Assembly: GCA_950097015.1 (NCBI GenBank)
Contig: CATNEN010000039.1
Coordinates: 3,100,001 to 3,164,000, forward strand
DNA length: 64,000 bases
From: Macrostomum hystrix
Lineage: Eukaryota > Animalia > Platyhelminthes
Direction: 5' to 3'
Shown here: in pieces, positions 48,194 to 64,000 of the stretch
How positions within the stretch are numbered: the first letter of the stretch is position 1
How the letters are laid out: every line of letters begins with the position of its first letter
Notes under the pieces: model-generated
The model's database searches: none
Seen by the model: only the letters and a program-made list of their open reading frames with translations
What the model was told of the DNA's origin: nothing
Made by a program: the position numbers and the translations under genes

Positions 48194-49962
48194 TGGATGA
48201 TAATCATGAGCAACTGATTCTAGTTGATGATAATCATGAGCAACTGATTCTAGTTGATGATAATCATGAGCAACTGATTCTAGTTGATGATAATCATGAG
48301 CAACTGATTCTAGTTGATAATAATCATGAGCAACTGATTCTAGTTGATGATAATCATGAGCAACTGATTCTAGTTGATAATAATCATGAGCAACTGATTC
48401 TAGTTGATGATAATCATGAGCAACTGATTCTAGTTGATAATAATCATGAGCAACTGATTCTAGTTGATGAAAATCATGAGCAACTGATTCTAGTTGATAG
48501 TAATCATGAGCAACTGATTCTAGTTGATGATAATCATGAGCAACTGATTCTAGTTGATGATAATGGAGTCCAGTAGATGAGAATCATGACAAATCGAGTC
48601 CAGCAGATGAGAATCATGACAAATCGAGTCCAGTAGATGAGAATCATGACAAATCGAGTCGAGTAGATGAGAATCATGACAAATCGAGTCCAGTAGATGA
48701 GAATCATGACAAATCGAGTCCAGTAGATGAGAATCATGACAAATCGAGTCCAGTAGATGATAATCATGACAAATCGAGTCCAGTAGATGAGAATCATGAC
48801 AAATGGAGTCCAGTAGATGAGAATCATGACAAGTCCAGTCCAGTAGATGAGAATCATGACAAATCGAGTCCAGTAGATGAGAATCATGACAAATCGAGTC
48901 CAGCAGATGAGAATCATGACAAATCGAGTCCAGTAGATGAGAATCATGACAAATCGAGTCCAGCAGATGAGAATCATGACAAATCGAGTAGAGTAGATGA
49001 GAATCATGACAAATCGAGTCGAGTAGATGAGAATCATGACAAATCGAGTCGAGTAGATGAGAATCATGACAAATCGAGTCCAGCAGATGAGAATCATGAC
49101 AAATCGAGTCCAGTAGATGAGAATCATGACAAATGGAGTCCAGTAGATGAGAATCATGACAAATCGAGTCCAGTAGATGAGAATCATGACAAATCGAGTC
49201 CAGTAGATGAGAATCATGACAAATCGAGTCCAGTAGATGAGAATCATGACAAATCGAGTCCAGTAGATGAGAATCATGACAAATCGAGTCGAGTAGATAA
49301 GAATCATGACAAATCGAGTCCAGTAGATAAGAATCATGACAAATCGAGTCCAGTAGATGAGAATCATGACAAATCGAGTCCAGTAGATAAGAACCATGAC
49401 AAATCGAGTCCAGTAGATGAGAATCATGACAAATCGAGTCGAGTAGATAAGAATCATGACAAATCGAGTCGAGTAGATAAGAATCATGACAAATCGAGTC
49501 CAGTAGATAAGAATCATGACAAATCGAGTCCAGTAGATGAGAATCATGACAAATCGAGTCCAGTAGATGAGAATCATGACAAATCGAATCGAGTAGATGA
49601 GAATCATGACAAATCGAGTCCAGTAGATGAGAATCATGACAAATCGAGTCCAGTAGATGAGAATCATGACAAATCGAGTCCAGTAGATGAGAATCATGAC
49701 AAATCGAGTCCAGTAGAAGAGAATCATGACAAATCGAGTCCAGTAGATGAGAATCATGACAAATCGAGTCGAGTAGATAAGAATCATGACAAATCGAGTC
49801 CAGTAGATAAGAATCATGACAAATCGAGTCCAGTAGATGAGAATCATGACAAATCGAGTCCAGTAGATGAGAATCATGACAAATCGAGTCCAGTAGATGA
49901 GAATCATGACAAATCGAGTCCAGTAGATGAGAATCATGACAAATCGAGTCCAGTTGATGAGA
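48194..49962. repeat. Composite 30-bp minisatellite: type A (48194-48563), then related type B (48564-49962)
   Basis: A = GATAATCATGAGCAACTGATTCTAGTTGAT; B = GAGAATCATGACAAATCGAGTCCAGTAGAT; same period and register. Confidence 0.95.
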
Positions 49963-50413
49963 AGTCGAGTCTATTAGATAAGATATTGTTAGGCATTACC
50001 AGTGAAGGCCAAACATGCATCTTTTTTTCTAAAAAATTGAACTATGAAATTTTGTTGCTGAAAGCTGAAGATGAAAGCTGAGTCATGCAATTTTCCAGCA
50101 GGAGGAAGGAGTTTTAGCGGACCACTGACGCGCCACTCGGGTCCAAAGGACAGCAGCTATTTCTTCACATAAAATATGTAGGTCTCTGCTATATAAACTG
50201 AAGCCTAGCTGCCATCTGCAGAGAATTAGTTTTATTTATCATATCTGTACAAATGGTGTGTTCGCAACTGTATTTACAATTAGCAATCGGACCACACTGC
50301 CCAATGCGTGTAAGTGTGGCATATTTAATCCAAGTCCCGCGCTGTTCCGACACCAGCTAACTCGATCTGCTGACCTCAAAGTTCGCTTCAATTTTTTAAG
50401 TCTTCAACACAAG

Positions 50414-58115
<7,702 letters not shown>

Positions 58116-59194
58116 GCGCGGCTTAGAAACCAGTACAGGATTTTGTCTCAACTTAGACTGTCTCAACTTAATAGCAAAATCGATTACTCATATAGATTTC
58201 ACTATACAAGTCTGTCTAATTACCAATAAAAACGATATATTCTACTGTTAAGAGAATCTTAAACGTCGTTGCAAGTTTGTCATTAAAATTGTCCAAACAG
58301 TTTTACTTACTCAACCTTTCAATTGTTTTATTTTCTCCTCTTACAGGTTAGTACGAGGTCAGTTACTTATAATCAGGAACAATAATAGGCCAATTATATA
58401 TTTGCTATCGCTTCTTTTAACAATTCGTGGTTTTATCTGGAGTATTTTTTTCTCGCAAATAACGAATGTTTTAGATTCACTGGGCTACTCACCAGTCGGT
58501 GTCAGTAGTGTAATCGAAACATTCGCCATAAAAATAATTGTTGATTCCGCATGAAGCGAATGCTAATTAAAAATTTGTACTCTTAGATCAACCGCAATCA
58601 TTAGTGAAGCGGCAGCTGTGAGGCTTCGATAATTCGACAGCAATAAACAAACTGCTCTGTGTGCCCAGGTTTATTATTTTTTGTTCTCTGCAGCATCTAA
58701 GAAGAACAAATTACAGTTGGCGGTTTTGGCACTTGGCCAATTAAAAAGCCACAGGATCACTGCTGGCGCAATATAATTGAATTTTATTCCTTTTTGTAGT
58801 TGTCATTTTGGGGTCGACCGGTGGAGGAAGCCGTGTCTTTTCTTCGCTCGTTTCTGTCTCTGCTTTCAAAGGCTGAGTACACCTGATGTGAGCAGTCCTA
58901 CAATCTCTATGCCAATAAATGCTAGTCCATGCATGGATGTTTGTTATACGCTCGTAACGTGGGACAAAATAGTCACAAAATCAAACTCGATTTCAGACAG
59001 GTCACTGAACTTTCATTTCGAAGCACGTGCATAGGCATAGGATAGGCATACCAATGTGTTATCTCTCCTTTGATGTATACCGCATTGGAAATTCCCATTC
59101 CGGTTTGTGTTTGATATCTTTTATCAGGGTTCGTCGATGGATAGACGCACACCTACGAGTTTTTTTGTTAAGACCGGCGCTTTCAAAGCCCGTG

Positions 59195-59360
59195 AACTGT
59201 CTGTGGGCTGGAGAGGCTGTCTCATCCCACCAAATTTTTCCCCAGCTGATTCTGGTACCCATTTCAGCATCTTTTTCTGAAAACTTTCCCACTAAGATTC
59301 GAACTCCGGACCACTCGGCCAGAAGTCCAATGCTCTAACCACTGAGCTACGAACTGCCCA
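59195..59360 (-). mobile_element. tRNA-head SINE (family B-like)
   Basis: GTAGCTCAGTGGTTAGAGCATTGGACTTCTG...GGAGTTCGAATC head; shares TTCCCCAGCTGAT..TGGTACCCATTT with 42409-42435. Confidence 0.65.
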
Positions 59361-60539
59361 CAAGCCAGCAATTCTTGGGTCATAAATAAAAGAAAACCTA
59401 AGCGCATTTTCTTTAAAGCAACGAGTGAAAACTGGATCAAAATCCTCCGGGCAATAATTCAAGACCTCTGAGCACGTCGCAGCCTCATCATTCCGAGCTC
59501 ACTGAGGTGTGAAATGTCCCCTAGCGGGCTGATTGTCGAGATGAATGGGCGTGGCTTCTGGGATCATATTGCCCAGCGGAGCGGCTCTCGGGTGTTGGGA
59601 TTTTTTAAGCAATTGACCGCAGCTATATGATAGAAAGTATGGCATTACAAATGCGAGAGAAATCCCCACACCTCGTCAACAAACCCTCAGCAGTCTTCCC
59701 AACTTCGCAGCCTAAAATTGGGAGAATTGTCCCATCGGCAAATTTCCTTTGACCTCGTCAGTCGCTCTGTCTCTCTTCCCCTCTCGTCTCTTCGTTCCCG
59801 TTAGCTGTGAAATCCCAGCGGAATCGAAGCCATTAATGCGGAGGCAATAGAAAATAGAACTCAGAATTGAGTTGGAAGCCAAATGTCAGAACTGTCTCCC
59901 TGCCTGCCTGCGCGTCCGGGGACCCCGCCCCCGATTTGGCCAGGAAACGGGACAGCAGAGTTACGCAATCAGCAGCGGGGGCGAATCTTGCGCCTCTCAG
60001 CTGCTGAGGATCTTCTATTGGGATTTAGTGTTTGCCCAACTTTCCCAGCTCTATCTATGCCAAGCCCGCGAGACTGAATTTTGGTGTGTCGCCGGCTGGC
60101 GATCCCATCTGCTCACACAACCTGAGCTGTTCATTTCGTGCTCAAGTGAGCTCGAAGCGATTTAACTAAGAGTTGGAGCTAGGGACCCGGCATGGCGTGT
60201 CTGCGCGGTTCTAAGGCAGGCGATTTGCTCAGCCGATCCCAACTCCACCTTGCGATTCGGCATTGATTTTCTCCCATGGAAAACGGCTGGCTTGAATGAC
60301 GCAGCTTTCAAGTGTCTACAGATAATAATTATTATAAGTTTGAGTCAGCGCGAGCGGAGTACAGCTCTTCCGGACAGGGGGGGACTCGCACAACTTAAGA
60401 AGCTAAATGGAGAGGCGAAAACTTGGAGCTGGAAATAAATACAAGAAATTAGACAAAGCTCTGAGATCTTTGTTTATATTGACTATTTCTTACTCATTGA
60501 TCTTCCATCGTATCCCATTTCACTAAATGCCCTAAAATC

Positions 60540-61225
60540 ACAAATCCTCTCTCTTCTCAAATCCCCTCCATTCTCAAATCCTATTTCTTTTCGAATCCCC
60601 TCTTCTTAAATCCCGTCGCTTCTTAAATCCCTCGCTTCTCAGACCCCCATTGTTCTCAAATCCCTATATTCTTAAATCCACTATATTCTCGAATCCCATT
60701 TATTCTCAATCCCCTATATTCTAAAATCCCTATATTCTCGAATCCCTATATTCTCGAATCCCATTTATTCTCAATCCCATTTATTCTCACCCCATTTATT
60801 CTCAATCCCATTTATTCTCAATCCCATTTATTCTCAATCCCCTATATTCTAAAATCCCCATATTCCCAAATCCCCTACATTCTAAAATCCCCTATATTCT
60901 CGAAACCAATTTATTCTCAATCCCCTATATTCTAAAATCCCCATTATCCTCAAATCCCTTGTATTCCCAAATCCCCTACATTTTCAAATCCCCTATATTC
61001 TCAAATCCCCTATATTCTCAAATCCCCTATATTCTCAAATCCCCTGTATTCCCAAATCCCCTTTATTCTCAAATCCCCTATGTTCTCAAATCCCCTGCAT
61101 TCCCAAATCCCCAACATTCTCAAACCCCCAACATTCTCAAACCCCTTATATTCTCAACCCCCCTACATTCTCAAACCCCTTATATTCTCGAACCCCCTAT
61201 ATTCTCAAATAACCTCGCTTCTCAA
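60540..61225. repeat. Degenerate ~17-bp minisatellite (TCAAATCCCCTATATTC)
   Basis: Direct periodicity, most homogeneous at 60980-61100. Confidence 0.9.
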
Positions 61226-61728
61226 ATTAAGTCTTTTCAATAATCAAGTTCTCATGCTATTCATTTTCCAGTCTTTCTCTCTCGCTAATGTCCTCGCTTT
61301 TTTCTTTCTCTTTTTTTCCCAATTTCCCACCATTTCCAATCATCTCAGAAGAAATCCCTACGCCCCAAAGTCCTGGCTGCCGGACACGGACGGTCCACTT
61401 CAGACGGCGGAGAAACAATTCATCAGCTGATGCAGCAGCAGCTGGGATGAAACAGGCCGCATAAATAAGGCATTGCTGGCTTTCGTGATCATTGGAAACA
61501 CTTTTAGAAGGCGGAATAAATTGCGATGTTATTTCAGTGACCAAAGACGGGCGTGTCTGAGCTTCCGATCCCCTTGGGACATTGTCGGTATGAGATGCAG
61601 CAATCCCACAGTCCTTTGAAATGCGAGTCAAAAATCTAGGCACCATTCTCAGCGATAGAATTCGATTCTCATAGAATTTCTTATAGTATAGGGTACCTTG
61701 AAAATACCATGGATACCATGAACTGCAT

Positions 61729-62085
61729 TAGATCCTAAACTGTACAGATCTCAAACTTTACAGATCTCAAACTGTACAGATCTCAAACTGTACAGATCTC
61801 AAACTGTACAGATCTCAAACTGTACAGATCTCAAACTGTACAGATCTCAAACTGTACAGATCTCAAACTGTACAGATCCTAAACTGTACAGATCCTAAAC
61901 TGCCCAGATCCTAAACTGTACAGATCCTAAACTGTACAGATCCTAAACTATACAAATCCTTAACTGTACAGATCCTAAACTGCATAGATTCTAACCAGTA
62001 CAGATCCCAAACTGTACATATCCTAAACTGTACAAATCCCGAACTATACAAATCCTTAACTGTACAGATGCGAAACTGTACAGAT
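61729..62085. repeat. 16-bp minisatellite (AGATCTCAAACTGTAC / AGATCCTAAACTGTAC)
   Basis: Direct periodicity. Confidence 0.92.
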
Positions 62086-62845
62086 AAAAAATCTGAATCA
62101 GTACGCAGATATGCTGCTCAAAAATTCTAAATATCTGATAGTCAGTCCTAATCTTACTCGCAGAAGAAGACAAGCTTGGTTATAAGGGCTTCAGCAGTCA
62201 GTAATGACAGCCAGTGCAATCTGTAGCCCACCTGTCAATCAAGCAGTATAGAAATGAAACTCCACTCTATGTATGAATTGACTGATTCCTTCTATGATTA
62301 TTTATCGTCTGCAATTAATAGATCGACGAGTACACTACGAATATGAAGTAAAAGTACATCTGTACGTTTAGAACGTCGGGGCCGTCTGTCGAAGATAATG
62401 AATTTGCGTTCTAAATTCTGCTACATGCAGCCAAACAAACTGTAATGCTATTCGAAATAAGTCTGTTTACTCGGCTACTTGGCTAGCTGATGCAACTTGC
62501 AGCTTTGCCTGTTTGCCGTCCATTTTTAGGCCAGACAGGGCCAGAAATCTAAAGCAAACAGCAATTTTATCGAATCGAAGCTACAGTTTCTAGGATCTCC
62601 TAGGAGGCCGTAGGATCTCAGCTTGAGAGAGATTCGATTTAGTGCTAATGATATGATCAGACACGATGTCAGACGGAGCCGAACACGGAGCCGTGTTGTG
62701 TGTTGCTGGCCCAGTAATTGCTTGTTTATATTAATCATAAATATTAATTTTTTTTTTCAGAACAGATGAAGGTCATTAGACTCTTACGCTTGAAGCATTG
62801 AGACTCAATCGGAGGTGTAAACAGTGAGACTTTGGTTCAACAAAC

Positions 62846-63360
62846 TTCATTCAGCCACTTCAGGCCTCATTCAGCCACTTCTTCAGGCCTCATTCAGCCA
62901 CTTCTTCAGGCCTCATTCAGCCACTTCTTCAGGCCTCATTCAGGCTATTCTTCAGGTCTCATTCAGGTTATTCTTCAGGCCTCATTCAGCCACTTCTTCA
63001 GGCCTCATTCAGCCACTTCTTCAGGCCTCATTCAGCCACTTCTTCAGGCCTCATTCAGGTTATTCTTCAGGCCTCATTCAGCCACTTCTTCAGGCCTCAT
63101 TCAGGCTATTCTTCAGGTCTCATTCAGGCTATTCTTCAGGCCTCATTCAGCCACTTCTTCAGGCCTCATTCAGCCACTTCTTCAGGCCTCATTCAGGCTA
63201 TTCTTCAGGTCTCATTCAGGTTATTCTTCAGGCCTCATTCAGCCACTTCTTCAGGCCTTATTCAGCCACTTCTTCAGGCCTCATTCAGGCTATTCTTCAG
63301 GCCTCGTTCAGGCATTTCTTCAGGCCTCATTCAGGCATTTCTTCATGCCTCATTCAGCCC
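62846..63360. repeat. 23-bp minisatellite (CATTCAGCCACTTCTTCAGGCCT)
   Basis: Direct periodicity. Confidence 0.93.
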
Positions 63361-63809
63361 CCTCTCAGGCCGTACAGTTCTAACAAAATGCATCTTTTCC
63401 CACAAGCACTCTTTCTCTGCCTAGCAACTCCGCTTGGTTGAGCGGCTGGATCAATTTTCTCCCATGCCAAACATTTATCCTCGCGTGCACTTTTCACCCT
63501 CCCCATCTGAGGCTTTGTCAACCGGGCGGGTCAAGCAGCTGCTCAGGGATTTGGGAATTTCGGGTGCAACACCCCAGCGCCCCGGAGACAGCCGGAGAGA
63601 AAGTTTATCGATGCCGCGGACATCAGCCAGGATGAGTTGAGGGCGAGAGGGAAACGGATTGGGCCTTTGAAACAGCTGACAGGAATGCCGCATACTTCAT
63701 AGTGATTAGTGACACAGTTAAGCAATGGCGCAGGGTTGCACTTTCTCTTTTCCATTGTACAGGTACCCTTTGCATTCAAGAAAAATTATGCATCCCTTTC
63801 TATTGATTT

Positions 63810-64000
63810 GCATTTCACTCCCCTTATTGAGCATTTCACTCCCCTTATTGAGCATCTCATTCTCCTCATTGAGCATCTCATTCTCCTCATTGAGCATCTC
63901 ATTCTCCTCATTGAGCATCTCATTCTCCTCATTGAGCATCTCATTCTCCTCATTGAGCATCTCATTCTCCTCATTGAGCATCTCATTCTCCTCATTGAGC
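63810..64000. repeat. 21-bp minisatellite (ATTGAGCATCTCATTCTCCTC), runs off the window end
   Basis: Direct periodicity. Confidence 0.93.

Noticed and set aside
46774-49962. CRISPR-like appearance of regular repeats
   Set aside because: Head-to-tail units with no unique spacers, no cas genes and a eukaryotic context.
59295-59360. tRNA-like sequences here and at 38447, 42500, 3980 and 56150
   Set aside because: Acceptor stems do not close and several run into shared SINE body sequence, so these are SINE heads rather than tRNA genes.
59870-63690. GC-richer islands (59870-60200, 61340-61650, 63420-63690) that might be exons
   Set aside because: I could not build a phase-consistent gene model or recognise any motif.

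Overview
Eukaryotic (invertebrate animal) genomic DNA with GC-rich spliced exons, AT-rich introns and about 15 minisatellite arrays. An innexin gene and this architecture suggest a free-living flatworm such as Macrostomum (inference). I reconstructed 13 gene models by hand from splice sites and reading-frame phase: a divergent innexin, an unannotated 3-exon protein with Mn-like motifs, cytochrome b5, a Mab21/cGAS-like protein with degenerate catalytic residues, a class A GPCR, YLPM1, a MAK/ICK kinase, TFIIF RAP74, two tandem GT7 beta-1,4-galactosyltransferases, NPC2, a histone H3 variant and a Gypsy gag-pol. Mobile DNA comprises an intact 4.3-kb Gypsy LTR element, three hAT-type elements with 8-bp TSDs, a MULE remnant and two tRNA-derived SINE families. 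The most notable observations are: (1) a GT7 intron built from tandem copies of its own exon/5'-splice-site junction (16 intact donors in one paralogue); (2) a sharp apparent gene-conversion tract between the two GT7 paralogues; (3) two genes whose first visible exon is phase 0 with no nearby ATG, fitting spliced-leader-supplied AUG and an operon; and (4) an NPC2 gene hosting both a retrotransposon and an antisense H3 variant in its introns.
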